32,000 nucleotides of DNA from Candidatus Iainarchaeum sp. (GTDB lineage Archaea; Iainarchaeota; Iainarchaeia; Iainarchaeales; CSSED10-239), in contig JAQVTI010000001.1 in NCBI GenBank assembly GCA_028700115.1, forward strand, positions 90,001 to 122,000, in the 5' to 3' direction. Positions 9,276 through 19,601 of this stretch are shown here, piece by piece (the stretch's first letter is position 1; each line of letters opens with the position of its first letter). Both the position numbers and the translations under genes were made by a program. The notes below the pieces were generated by a model. It was given only the letters and a program-made list of their open reading frames with translations. It had not been told where the DNA came from and ran no database searches.

Positions 9276-10766
9276 TTAAATTAATCTTCTAGGAGGAATA
9301 GAATATTTTCTAAGCCAATCTATATCGTTTTCATCACCATAAATTTCTTTAATATTTGTTTTATTATATAAAAGCATTGCAATTCTTTCAATACCAATCC
9401 CCCATGCAATAACATTATTTTTAATACCATAAGGGAAAAGACATTCTTTTCTAAAAATACCAGAATTCATTATTTCAACCCATGAATTTTTTTCTTCAAA
9501 AAATGCAAAAACTTCAATACTTGGTTCTGTATATGGATTATAAGTTGGTTTTATTTTTATTTTTTCAATACCTAATTTTTTTAAAAAAACTTTAATAAAT
9601 CCAATTAAATCAGATAAAGAAATATTATCACCTATAACAAATCCTTCAGCTTGATGAAATTCAGGAAGATGTGTACCATCTATTGTTTCATTTCTAAAAA
9701 CTTTTCCAATACTAAAATATTTTGAATTTTGTTTTTCATCTTCTGAAAGTTCTAAAAATTTTCTAAAAGTTGAAGCAGTTGTATGTGTTCTTAAAATTAA
9801 TTGTTTAGAAATATCTATATCCCACAAATATCTATGACCTAAAGAATTTGTTTTAGATCCATTTTCATGAACATCTTTAATTTTTTTTAAAAAAGAAGAA
9901 TCTTTTGGAAGTTTACCATTTAATGGTAAAAAAAAAGTATCTTGTAAATCTCTCATAGGATGATCTTGTGATATAAACATAGAATCCATTGACCAAAAAG
10001 ATAAATCAACATATGGACTTTTCATTTCTTTAAAACCCATTTCTAAATATAAATCTCTTATATAATATAAAATTTGTCTTAATGGATGAATCCTTCCAGC
10101 ATCTTTTGGTTTTGGAAGTTTTTCTACTTCAAATTCTTTAAAGATTTTATTTTTATAAGATTTATTTTTTAAAGAATCTGAATCAAGATTTAAAATTGTA
10201 TCTGAATCTAAAATATAATCTGTATTTTTTAAAAAAGCATAATTTTTTTTAGTAATCTGCTTTTTAGAAATAAAATTTCTTTTTAAAAAATAATCAATAT
10301 ATTTATCAGAAACTTCTTTATTTTCTGAAATTAACAATAATTTTTCTTTTTTTTCTTTAATTTTTTCTTTATAATCTAAAACAGGAACAATTATTGAATC
10401 TTTAATATTTATTAAATTATCTTTTTTACAAACACCAAAAGCAAGAATGATTTCTTGTATATTTAAATTATTAATATTTATTTCTTTTAATGAAGATATA
10501 TTTATATTTTTATTAATTAAAAAATCACACAAAATTTCTTCAATAAATCCTTTTTTTAAAGATTCTAAACCAATTTTTTCTAAATTATAAATATTTGAAA
10601 AAAATATATTTTCTGAAATTAAATTTTCAGACTTTAAAAATTCTATAGATCTCCTTATAGAATCTACATCTAAATCTATATTTTCAATTAATTCTTCAAA
10701 ACTACATTTACTTAAATTTTTTATTTTTAAATATACTATTTCATCAGATACACTAAATCTAATCAT
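9276..10766 (-). CDS. pheS: Phenylalanyl-tRNA synthetase alpha subunit
   Basis: ORF 496 aa; LRTHTTASTFR, IGKVFRNETIDGTHLPEFHQAEGF, AWGIGIERIAML class II motifs. Confidence 0.96.
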   Translation of the reverse strand: MIRFSVSDEIVYLKIKNLSKCSFEELIENIDLDVDSIRRSIEFLKSENLISENIFFSNIYNLEKIGLESLKKGFIEEILCDFLINKNINISSLKEININNLNIQEIILAFGVCKKDNLINIKDSIIVPVLDYKEKIKEKKEKLLLISENKEVSDKYIDYFLKRNFISKKQITKKNYAFLKNTDYILDSDTILNLDSDSLKNKSYKNKIFKEFEVEKLPKPKDAGRIHPLRQILYYIRDLYLEMGFKEMKSPYVDLSFWSMDSMFISQDHPMRDLQDTFFLPLNGKLPKDSSFLKKIKDVHENGSKTNSLGHRYLWDIDISKQLILRTHTTASTFRKFLELSEDEKQNSKYFSIGKVFRNETIDGTHLPEFHQAEGFVIGDNISLSDLIGFIKVFLKKLGIEKIKIKPTYNPYTEPSIEVFAFFEEKNSWVEIMNSGIFRKECLFPYGIKNNVIAWGIGIERIAMLLYNKTNIKEIYGDENDIDWLRKYSIPPRRLI

Positions 10767-10840
10767 CTTTAATCACTAAATATATTATATATAAATACAT
10801 ATTTATTCTTTTCCTATTCATTAAAAAAAATAAATAAAAA

Positions 10841-11632
10841 TTAAAAATCATCATCCATAAAATCAAATTTTTTTTTATCACTTTTGATTTCAGAATGTTT
10901 TATAACAAATGATTTAATAGATCTTTGAATAGGATCTTTAAAAACTAATATTAAAATTATAATTAAAAAAATAAAAATTAAATAAAAACCTAAATTTTTA
11001 CTAAAAAAATTAGAAACTACAAAACTTGGTTTAGGAGGTTTTCTTTCATAAGCTAATATACTAATTTCATTTGATGAAATCCCTGAAAAAGAAATAGAAT
11101 ATTCATTAATTGGAGTATCTGGAATTGTAGGTTGTATAACTAAAGGATTATAAAAATGTAAATTTATTGAAGAATCTTTTGGTATATAATAAAGATCATT
11201 TATAATAAAATAATTTAATAAATTATTATTAAATTTCCAAAGATATTCTTCATCATTTTCATAAAGTTTGATTAAAAAAGAATCATAAGAATCATATTCA
11301 ACTCTAATAGTATTATTAAATTCATCAAAACCTATAGATAAATTTGAAAAATCAGTAATATATATGTGTGGTTTTAAATTTGGATCTATTTTTAATAATT
11401 GTTCTAAATTTAAATTTGCATTCAAAACATTTTCTTTAAATAATTCTAAATCTTTTGGATAATAAGATAAATAATCTATATTCCAAGTTTCAACTATATG
11501 AGCTTCTTTTGGAGAATAAATAGAAACATCTATTGAATAATTTCCTAAACTAGCTGCAGAAACAGAATATAAACCAATAATTAATATTAAAAAAAATAAA
11601 CTAAAATAAATTTTGCTTAAATAAATATTCAT
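10841..11632 (-). CDS. Predicted secreted/membrane-anchored protein of unknown function
   Basis: ORF 263 aa; N-terminal signal peptide-like helix, about 190-aa external region, C-terminal TM helix and charged tail. Confidence 0.6.
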   Translation of the reverse strand: MNIYLSKIYFSLFFLILIIGLYSVSAASLGNYSIDVSIYSPKEAHIVETWNIDYLSYYPKDLELFKENVLNANLNLEQLLKIDPNLKPHIYITDFSNLSIGFDEFNNTIRVEYDSYDSFLIKLYENDEEYLWKFNNNLLNYFIINDLYYIPKDSSINLHFYNPLVIQPTIPDTPINEYSISFSGISSNEISILAYERKPPKPSFVVSNFFSKNLGFYLIFIFLIIILILVFKDPIQRSIKSFVIKHSEIKSDKKKFDFMDDDF

Positions 11633-11920
11633 ATATATCTACAACCTTTCGTTAAATATATTTTTAAAAAATATTATTAAAAATATATTTTTTAATTTAT
11701 ATTTTAATAAATAATATAAATTAAATATATATTATATATAAGATAAGATTTATATATTTTTGTAATAAAATTAAAATATAAAAAGAAGAATAAATATAAC
11801 AAATAACATTTTGTAAATAACAAAAAAGTAAAAAACATTAAAATATTTAAAAAAATAGTCCAAGACAATATGTAAAATAAAACAGTTGTATTTAAATAAA
11901 CTATCATACTATATATTAAT

Positions 11921-12613
11921 ATGGGTATAAATATAAAATATCTAGGACACTCTTCATTTTTACTAAATATTGATAAAACAAAAATCCTAACAGACCCTTA
12001 TTTCAGTAATACCCCACTTGGGGATATGGATAGAAAAATTAAATGTGCTATTTCTTTAGAAAATATGAAAAAAATAGATAATATTCTAATAAGCCATGAA
12101 CATACAGATAATTTTGAATTAAAATCAATAGAATATTTAATTAAAAAATTTAATCCAAAAATTATTGCACACCATAGTGTACTTAATAAAATTAATTCAA
12201 ATAATTATAATAAAATCTCAATAGATGAATATGAAATTAAAAAAATAAATAACATAGACTATAAAGCATATCCAGCACATCACCCAAGTTCATTTTATCC
12301 ATTAAGTTATTTAATTAAATCTAAATCTGGAAAAACAATTTATTTTGCAGGAGATACATTTATGACAAAAGATCATGACAAAATAAAACCAGATATTGCA
12401 ATTCTACCAATTGGTGGAAAAAGAACTATGGATCTTGGAACAGCAATTAGAGTTTCTAAAAAAATGAAACCTAAAATTTTAATTCCTATGCATTATAATA
12501 CTTTTGAAGATATTAATAAAAACCCAGAAGAATTAAAATATAAATTAGAAAAAACAAGTTATGATATCAATACAATAATACTTGAACCTGGAAAAACATA
12601 TAGACAAAAATAA
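11921..12613 (+). CDS. MBL-fold hydrolase, UPF0173-like (copy 1)
   Basis: ORF 230 aa; IKYLGHSSFLL, ILTDPYF, SHEHTDN, FAGDT, PMHYNTF. Confidence 0.87.
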   Translation: MGINIKYLGHSSFLLNIDKTKILTDPYFSNTPLGDMDRKIKCAISLENMKKIDNILISHEHTDNFELKSIEYLIKKFNPKIIAHHSVLNKINSNNYNKISIDEYEIKKINNIDYKAYPAHHPSSFYPLSYLIKSKSGKTIYFAGDTFMTKDHDKIKPDIAILPIGGKRTMDLGTAIRVSKKMKPKILIPMHYNTFEDINKNPEELKYKLEKTSYDINTIILEPGKTYRQK

Positions 12614-12624
12614 ATATAAAAAAA

Positions 12625-13548
12625 TTAATAATCAGAAATTTCAATTAAATCTAAATCTTTTGCAACAAATGAATTTTTAAAAAACTTTTTTGCTTCTTTT
12701 TCAATAACTAAAACATCTTTATATCTTGGAGAAATATGTGTTAAATATAATTTTTTAACATCTGCTTTCTTAGCAAACAAAGAAACATCTTGTGCCACAG
12801 AATGCAAAGTTTCTTTTGCTCTTAATTTATGTTCTGAAATAAAAGATGATTCATGAATCAATATATCTGCATTTAATACTTTTGGAGGAACTTTATTTAA
12901 AACAAATGTATCTGTTAAATAACAAATTTTTTTCCCAATTTTTTTATAATTATAATCAATTACATCTTTTGGGAAGATAAATTTATTTCCAATCTTTATT
13001 TTTTCTCCATTTTGAAGTTTGCTAAAAAATGGTCCTTCAGGAATATTTAAACTTAATGCTTTTTTCTTATCAAATTTTCCAATTTTATCTAAAACTTTAA
13101 AAACATATCCAAAAGTTAAAACTGAATGATTTAATTTAACACAAGAAATATTTATGTTATCAAAAGTATATGAAAAACTTGATTTTACTTCTTTTAGATT
13201 TATTTTAAATGAAAAAATGATTTTAGAAGAAGCAATATATTGCTTAATATCTTTAGAAAAACCAAATGGTAAAAAAATATTTAAATCTTCAGTTCTTTGA
13301 TTTAATTGCATAGTTGCTAAAAGCCCTAAAAGACCAAAAAAATGATCTCCATGAAAATGAGTTATAAATATATTTTTAATTTTTAAAATACTTTCTGAAA
13401 CTTTCATAATTTGTTGTTGAACATTTTCAGGACAATCAAAAAGATAATTATTTCCTTTATAATTTATTAATAAAGAACTTAAATTTCTATTTTTAGTAGG
13501 AGTACTACTTGAAGTTCCTAAAAAATACATTTTAATTTTATCAGACAT
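12625..13548 (-). CDS. rnz: Ribonuclease Z
   Basis: ORF 307 aa; FLGTSSSTPT, THFHGDHFFGLLG, YLTDT, HESSF, LTHISPRY. Confidence 0.93.
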   Translation of the reverse strand: MSDKIKMYFLGTSSSTPTKNRNLSSLLINYKGNNYLFDCPENVQQQIMKVSESILKIKNIFITHFHGDHFFGLLGLLATMQLNQRTEDLNIFLPFGFSKDIKQYIASSKIIFSFKINLKEVKSSFSYTFDNINISCVKLNHSVLTFGYVFKVLDKIGKFDKKKALSLNIPEGPFFSKLQNGEKIKIGNKFIFPKDVIDYNYKKIGKKICYLTDTFVLNKVPPKVLNADILIHESSFISEHKLRAKETLHSVAQDVSLFAKKADVKKLYLTHISPRYKDVLVIEKEAKKFFKNSFVAKDLDLIEISDY

Positions 13549-13695
13549 ATATAAATTCCCTAATTTAATATATTAAAAACAAATATATTTTAAAGATGTT
13601 TCATTTTATATATATATTGTATATAATTATAATATTTTTTTAAAAAATATAATACATTTATATAAAATTATATTTTTAATTTAAAAATAAAGAAT

Positions 13696-15600
13696 GTGAT
13701 AAATATGAATATGACAGATAAAAAAAATGTTTCAGAAAAACAAATAAAAGATCTTGATTATAAAGATACAAGCCAAATACAAGTGCCTATTAAATTAATA
13801 GACCAAGTAATTGGACAAGATAAATCAATTAAACTTATTAAAAAAGCAGCAATGCAAAAAAGACATATTATGCTTATTGGAGAACCTGGAACTGGAAAAT
13901 CCATGATTGCAGCTTCTCTTGCAGAAATTCTCCCACCTTATAAACTAAAAGATATAATTAGTTATCCAAATATAGAAGATAATCACACACCAATTATAAA
14001 AATTGCAAATGCAGGAGACGGAAAAAAAATAATAGATCAAGCAAAATTAGAAGCAAATAAAGCAAATACTTCCCAGAAAATGATTGGGATGATTTTACCT
14101 TTAGGATTTCTAATAATTACAATTGTTTTATGGCAATTAAATAAAATTTCAGATATAGTTTTTGGGGCTATGTTAATTTTATCAGGATTTATAATGGTTA
14201 CTTCTGCACTTAGTATGCAGATGTTAAAAAAAGGAAATATTATTATTCCAAAATTATTAATAGATAATTCTAAAAAAAAACATGTTCCTTTTGTAGATGC
14301 AACAGGAGCAAGAGCAGGAGCATTACTTGGGGATGTTTTACATGATCCTTTACAATCTGGAGGTCTTGGAACACCTCCTCATTCAAGAGTAATTCCTGGA
14401 ATGATCCATAAAGCAAATGGAGGAGTTTTATTTTTAGATGAAATTGCAAGCCTTTCTCCTAAATCCCAACAAGAACTATTAACTATTTTACAAGAAAAAA
14501 AATATAGTATAACAGGACAATCAGAAATGTCTAGTGGGGCAATGGTTAGAACAACACCTGCTCCTTGTGATTTTATATTAGTTGCTGCAGGAAATTATCA
14601 AGATTTAGAAAAAGTACACCCTGCAATAAGATCTAGAATAAGAGGAACTGGTTATGAATGCCAAATGAATGTAGATGTACCAAATACTTCTGAAAATAGA
14701 AATAAAATAGTACAATTTGTTGCACAAGAAATTAAAAAAGATGGTAAAATCCCACACTTTAAAAAAGAAGCTGTTGATGAAATTATTTTTGAAGCTAGAA
14801 AAAAAGCAACTAGGAAAAATCATCTTACCTTAAAATTAAGAGAACTTGGTGGGCTTGTAAGAGCAGCAGGAGATATTGCCATAGAAAAAGGTAAAATTTT
14901 AGTTGATAAACAAGAAGTAATTGATGCAAAAATTTCATCATATACTTTAGAACAACAAATGGTTTCTAAAATGATGGATGTAAAAAAAGAATATGAAATA
15001 TATAGTACAAAAGGATTCAAAAAAGGAAGAGTTAATGGACTTGCTGTAATGGGAGATACAAATGCAGGAATTATGCTTCCAATAGAATGTGAAGTTACAT
15101 CTTCTCAAGAATTTCAAAAAGGACAAGTAATTGCAACAGGTAAACTTGGAGAAATTGCAAAAGAATCAGTTCAAAATGTTTCTGCAATTTTTAAAAAATT
15201 AACTGGAAAAGATATCTCAAATTATGATATACATATACAATTTTTACAAACACATGGTGTAGAAGGAGATTCTGCATCAATATCTATTGCTTCTGCAGTA
15301 ATTTCTGTATTAGAAAATATACAAATTGATCAAAATATAGCTATGACAGGATCATTATCAATTAGAGGAGAAGTTTTACCAGTAGGAGGAGTTACTGGAA
15401 AAATAGGTGCTGCAATAAGTTCAAAGATAAAAAAAGTAATTATACCATATACAAATAAAGAAGATGTTGTAATTTCTAAAGAAGATGAAAAAAAAATAGA
15501 AATAATTCCTGTAAAAACAATTTATGAAGTTATACAACATGCATTCAAAAATTGTAAGAAAAAAGAAGAACTTCTTAAAAAACTAAAAAAAATGGAATAA
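13696..15600 (+). CDS. lonB: Archaeal LonB protease (membrane-anchored ATP-dependent)
   Basis: ORF 634 aa; Walker A GEPGTGKS, two TM segments within the AAA domain, catalytic region [12 protein letters not shown]. Confidence 0.96.
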   Translation: MINMNMTDKKNVSEKQIKDLDYKDTSQIQVPIKLIDQVIGQDKSIKLIKKAAMQKRHIMLIGEPGTGKSMIAASLAEILPPYKLKDIISYPNIEDNHTPIIKIANAGDGKKIIDQAKLEANKANTSQKMIGMILPLGFLIITIVLWQLNKISDIVFGAMLILSGFIMVTSALSMQMLKKGNIIIPKLLIDNSKKKHVPFVDATGARAGALLGDVLHDPLQSGGLGTPPHSRVIPGMIHKANGGVLFLDEIASLSPKSQQELLTILQEKKYSITGQSEMSSGAMVRTTPAPCDFILVAAGNYQDLEKVHPAIRSRIRGTGYECQMNVDVPNTSENRNKIVQFVAQEIKKDGKIPHFKKEAVDEIIFEARKKATRKNHLTLKLRELGGLVRAAGDIAIEKGKILVDKQEVIDAKISSYTLEQQMVSKMMDVKKEYEIYSTKGFKKGRVNGLAVMGDTNAGIMLPIECEVTSSQEFQKGQVIATGKLGEIAKESVQNVSAIFKKLTGKDISNYDIHIQFLQTHGVEGDSASISIASAVISVLENIQIDQNIAMTGSLSIRGEVLPVGGVTGKIGAAISSKIKKVIIPYTNKEDVVISKEDEKKIEIIPVKTIYEVIQHAFKNCKKKEELLKKLKKME

Positions 15601-15607
15601 ATTTATT

Positions 15608-15642
15608 AAAAAAGCTGTTATTTTAATATAACAGTTTTTTTT
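15608..15642 (+). terminator. Bidirectional intrinsic-terminator-like hairpin between lonB and pcn
   Basis: CTGTTAT(15615-15621)-TTTAAT-ATAACAG(15628-15634) followed by T8; A6 upstream gives a T run on the minus strand. Confidence 0.6.
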
Positions 15643-15662
15643 AATAAAACTATTTTTAAAAA

Positions 15663-16388
15663 TTAAAATAACATACAAGATAAATAAAACTTAATTTTTA
15701 TATCTTTTTCAATATTATATTCTAAAAAAAGAGGAGAATCATCTTTAAGTTTTAAAATAATTTCACAATCATTATCAATAGATTTAGTAATGTTTTTTAA
15801 ATATGCTAATGAAAATTTAACACAAACATTTTTTTTAGATTTAACTTTTGCTTTTAAAACACTAACTTCTATATCTCCTTTTTCTCCAAAAGATTCAATA
15901 ATTAATTTATTATCAACTAACTTTAAAGTCAAGGTACTTGATATAAGAGAAACATCTTTTAGTATTTCTTTTAAAAAATATGCAGGAACTGTAATTATAG
16001 ATTCATAATTAATTTCAGGAATAGAAATATCTGAATCTGAAATATCTATAAAAGAAGTATTAAATTTTCTTTGTATTGCCCCAAGTAAATTAATTTGTAA
16101 TGAATTTTCTTTAAGTTCTAATTTTAATTTATCTTTTTCAAAAGATCTAGATAACATATTATATACTTCTTGAATATTTAAACCAACTAAACTAGGATCA
16201 ACAGAATAGTTTTCAAAAAAATATTTTGGGAAATAAAAATCTATTAAAAGAATTTGTGTTTTATCAATTGCTTTTATATATATACCATCATCTTTAAATC
16301 TTACATTTGTTTCTTGTATTAAAGAAGAAATTCCTTCTAAAGATTTTTTAAAAAGAGATACATTTTTAGCAGTAATCATATTAAACAC
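15663..16388 (-). CDS. pcn: DNA polymerase sliding clamp (PCNA)
   Basis: ORF 241 aa; full-length PCNA-like layout (FKDDGIYIKAIDKTQILLIDFYFP..., NYESIITVPAYFLKEILKDV...). Confidence 0.92.
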   Translation of the reverse strand: MFNMITAKNVSLFKKSLEGISSLIQETNVRFKDDGIYIKAIDKTQILLIDFYFPKYFFENYSVDPSLVGLNIQEVYNMLSRSFEKDKLKLELKENSLQINLLGAIQRKFNTSFIDISDSDISIPEINYESIITVPAYFLKEILKDVSLISSTLTLKLVDNKLIIESFGEKGDIEVSVLKAKVKSKKNVCVKFSLAYLKNITKSIDNDCEIILKLKDDSPLFLEYNIEKDIKIKFYLSCMLF

Positions 16389-16539
16389 AAATTTTATTAT
16401 TTATTTATATAATTACTATACATACAAATGATTTATAAATTATTTGTAAAATCAAAAAAAATATAAATAAAATATATAAATAAATTATTTTAAAAAAAAT
16501 TACAAAACATTTAAATTTAAATACATCTATATTATATTT

Positions 16540-17778
16540 ATGCAAAAAATTATAGACAAATATACACCTAAAAATTTAGATGAAATTGTAAGTAATAAAA
16601 AAGCAGTTCTACAAATAAAATATTGGGCAAAAGAACATAAAAAACCATTATTTATTTATGGAGACACAGGTGTTGGAAAAACACTTTCTGCGAAATTAAT
16701 TGCAAAAGAAATGGACTGGTCTATTTATCATACAGATGCATCAGATATAAGAGGAAAAGAAACTATTTCTCAAATATACAATATTGCAACAAGCTCAATG
16801 ACATTATTTGGTAAAAAAAGATTACTTTTATTAGATGAAATAGATGCAATGGATGATAAAAGAGGAGGGGGGGATTATGGTGGATTTATTGAACTCTCTA
16901 AGATTATAGACAAATCTAAACAACCAATAATATTTATTGCAAACGATCCATATGAAAATAAAAAATTAAGACCTATTTTTGAAAAATGTGAACAAGTTAA
17001 ATTTGATCTCCCAAACAAAATATCAATATTAAAATTTGCAAAAGAAATTTGTGATAAAGAAGAGATTGATTATGATTTAGTTAGTTTAAAACAATTAATT
17101 GAAAATACAAAAAACGATATAAGAGCACTATTAATAGATTTGTCAGACTTTATTTTAAGTAAAAAAATGACACTTGAAAATATAGAAAACCTAGGGGATA
17201 GAAAAAAGGACGAAGATGTCTTTAAAGTCCTAGGCAAGATATTTTATCCTAAAGATTTTTATGAAACTAAAAACGTAACTTTTGATATGAATATTGATTG
17301 GAAGTTATTATTTGCATGGCTTGAAGAAAATATTCCTAGAAAATATCAAAATCCAACAAATCTAAAAAACGCAATGGATTCTCTTGCAAAAGCAGATTTA
17401 TATCAAGGAAGAATTGGTGCAACTAATTGGATTTTATTAAAATATGTTATGGATTATTTAACAATAGGAATAGCATATGCAAAAACAGAAAAAGAAATAG
17501 GTGGGTTTTCACCTTTTGTTTTTCCTTCAATTCTTAAAAAATTAAGTGGAAATAAAAAAGAAAGACTTATTAAAAATAATATTGTTAAAAAAATTAGAAA
17601 TAAAGCATATTGCTCAAAACACATAGTTGAAAAAAATCATTTCCCTATTCTTTCAATAATTGCAACTACTAATAAATATAATGAAGAACTAATAAAATAT
17701 TTTGAACTAGAACACGAAGAAATTAAACTTCTTGGTGCAAAGGTTACAAAAAAAGAATATGAAAAAATTGTGAATTAA
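16540..17778 (+). CDS. rfcL: Replication factor C large subunit
   Basis: ORF 412 aa; Walker A GDTGVGKT, Walker B LLLLDEIDAMD, divergent from pcn. Confidence 0.94.
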   Translation: MQKIIDKYTPKNLDEIVSNKKAVLQIKYWAKEHKKPLFIYGDTGVGKTLSAKLIAKEMDWSIYHTDASDIRGKETISQIYNIATSSMTLFGKKRLLLLDEIDAMDDKRGGGDYGGFIELSKIIDKSKQPIIFIANDPYENKKLRPIFEKCEQVKFDLPNKISILKFAKEICDKEEIDYDLVSLKQLIENTKNDIRALLIDLSDFILSKKMTLENIENLGDRKKDEDVFKVLGKIFYPKDFYETKNVTFDMNIDWKLLFAWLEENIPRKYQNPTNLKNAMDSLAKADLYQGRIGATNWILLKYVMDYLTIGIAYAKTEKEIGGFSPFVFPSILKKLSGNKKERLIKNNIVKKIRNKAYCSKHIVEKNHFPILSIIATTNKYNEELIKYFELEHEEIKLLGAKVTKKEYEKIVN

Positions 17779-17779
17779 T

Positions 17780-19573
17780 ATGGCAAAAAGTACAAAATAT
17801 AATAGAATAGCAATAATAGATAAAGATAAATGCCAACCAAAAGCATGTAACTATCTATGCCATAGAGTATGCCCACCTGTTAGAATGGGGGAAGATGCAA
17901 TTGAAATTACAAATAGAGATAACTGGTCACAACCAATAATTAATGAAGAACTTTGTACAGGTTGTGGGATTTGTTCTAATAAATGTCCTTTTGGAGCTAT
18001 ACAAATAATAAATATAGGGGTAGACTTTTCAGAACCAATACATCAATTTTCTATAAATTCATATAGATTATATTCACTTCCAGAAATTGAAAAAGGATAC
18101 ATTACAGGTATGATTGGAAGAAATGGTTCTGGAAAATCAACTGCATTAAATATATTATCAGGAGAGTTAATTCCTAATTTAGGAAATTATAAAGAAAAAG
18201 GAAATATAGATAAAGTAATAGAATATTATAGAGGAAAAAATATACAAAAACATTTTAAAGATATAAAAAATAAAGAAATAAAAGTATCTTACAAGATACA
18301 AAAAGTTGAAGATATACCTAAGATGTTTAATAAAAAAATAATAGATCTATTAAACATGACTACAAATGATAAAGACAATATTAAAGAAATAATAAAAGAA
18401 CTTGAACTTGAAAAAATTATTAATAAAAAAACAACAGAAATATCAGGTGGAGAATTACAAAGAATTGCAATTGCTGCAAGTCTTTTAAAAAAATCAAATA
18501 TATATTTCTTTGATGAATACACTACTTTTTTAGATATTAGACAAAGATTTAAAATAGCAAAACTTTTAAGGAAAAAAATAAATCCAGAAAAAGCAATTTT
18601 TTTAATAGAACATGATCTTGCAATACTTGATTATCTAAGTGATTTTACACAAATTATGTTTGGACAAAAAAATGCTTATGGAATGTGTTCTAATAAAAAA
18701 AGTACTAAAAAAGGAATAAATGAATTTTTAGATGGATTTTTAAAAGAAGAAAATATAAGAATTAGAAAATATTCAATAGATTTTGCATCTTTAAAAATAA
18801 CCCAAGATTTTAAAAAAAATATACTTACCGAATATCCAGATATGAAAAAAAAACTTGGAGATTTTGAATTAGATATAAAATCTGCAGAAATTAGAAAAGG
18901 AGAAATAATAGGGGTAATAGGACCAAATGCAATAGGAAAAAGTACATTTATAAAAATGGTTTCTGGAGAAATGAAACCTGATAATTGTAATATTAATAAT
19001 AACTTAAAAATATCATATAAATCACAATATATAGAATTAGATAAAGAAAAAACTGTAGAAGAATTATTTTTAGAAAAAGATATTGATTATGATATTTTTA
19101 ACTCAGAAATAAAAGGACAATTAGATTTAGAAAAGATAATACAACAAAAAATATCAGAATTATCTGGAGGAGAATTACAAAAAGTTGCAATAGCATATAC
19201 AATTTCAAAAAATGCAGACATTTATTTAATTGATGAACCTTCTGCTTTTTTAGATGTTGAACAAAAATTAATTATATCAAACGTAATTAAAAGCGTAATA
19301 AATAAAAAAGAAAAATCAGCTTTAATTGTAGATCATGATCTTTTATTTATTGACCAAATCTCTGATAGAGTACTTTTATTTGAAGGAACCCCATCTATAA
19401 AAGGATATGCAAATGAAATTGGAACTATTGAAAACTCATTTAATAAATTTTTAAAAGAACAAAATATGACATTTAGACAAGACCCCCAAACAAAAAGACC
19501 AAGAGCAAATAAAGAAGGTTCTCAAAAAGATAAAGAACAAAAAAGAGATAATAAATATTATTATTCTCTTTAA
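17780..19573 (+). CDS. ABCE1/Rli1 ribosome recycling ATPase
   Basis: ORF 597 aa; two N-terminal 4Fe-4S cysteine motifs, GRNGSGKST and GPNAIGKST Walker A, two SGGELQ signatures, DIRQR hinge. Confidence 0.97.
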   Translation: MAKSTKYNRIAIIDKDKCQPKACNYLCHRVCPPVRMGEDAIEITNRDNWSQPIINEELCTGCGICSNKCPFGAIQIINIGVDFSEPIHQFSINSYRLYSLPEIEKGYITGMIGRNGSGKSTALNILSGELIPNLGNYKEKGNIDKVIEYYRGKNIQKHFKDIKNKEIKVSYKIQKVEDIPKMFNKKIIDLLNMTTNDKDNIKEIIKELELEKIINKKTTEISGGELQRIAIAASLLKKSNIYFFDEYTTFLDIRQRFKIAKLLRKKINPEKAIFLIEHDLAILDYLSDFTQIMFGQKNAYGMCSNKKSTKKGINEFLDGFLKEENIRIRKYSIDFASLKITQDFKKNILTEYPDMKKKLGDFELDIKSAEIRKGEIIGVIGPNAIGKSTFIKMVSGEMKPDNCNINNNLKISYKSQYIELDKEKTVEELFLEKDIDYDIFNSEIKGQLDLEKIIQQKISELSGGELQKVAIAYTISKNADIYLIDEPSAFLDVEQKLIISNVIKSVINKKEKSALIVDHDLLFIDQISDRVLLFEGTPSIKGYANEIGTIENSFNKFLKEQNMTFRQDPQTKRPRANKEGSQKDKEQKRDNKYYYSL

Positions 19574-19601
19574 TTTTTTTTATTTTTTTATAATTAAAAA
19601 A

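Noticed and set aside
11704-11907. 67-aa minus-strand hydrophobic ORF
   Set aside because: Low-complexity F/Y/I/L composition expected from T-rich sequence, no SD, no recognisable domain.
14605-15020. Minus-strand ORFs inside lonB
   Set aside because: Antisense to the conserved AAA+/linker region of LonB.
15790-16008. 72-aa plus-strand ORF within pcn
   Set aside because: Antisense to PCNA; no motif.
18289-18522. 77-aa minus-strand ORF within the ABCE1 gene
   Set aside because: Antisense to the NBD1 coding region.
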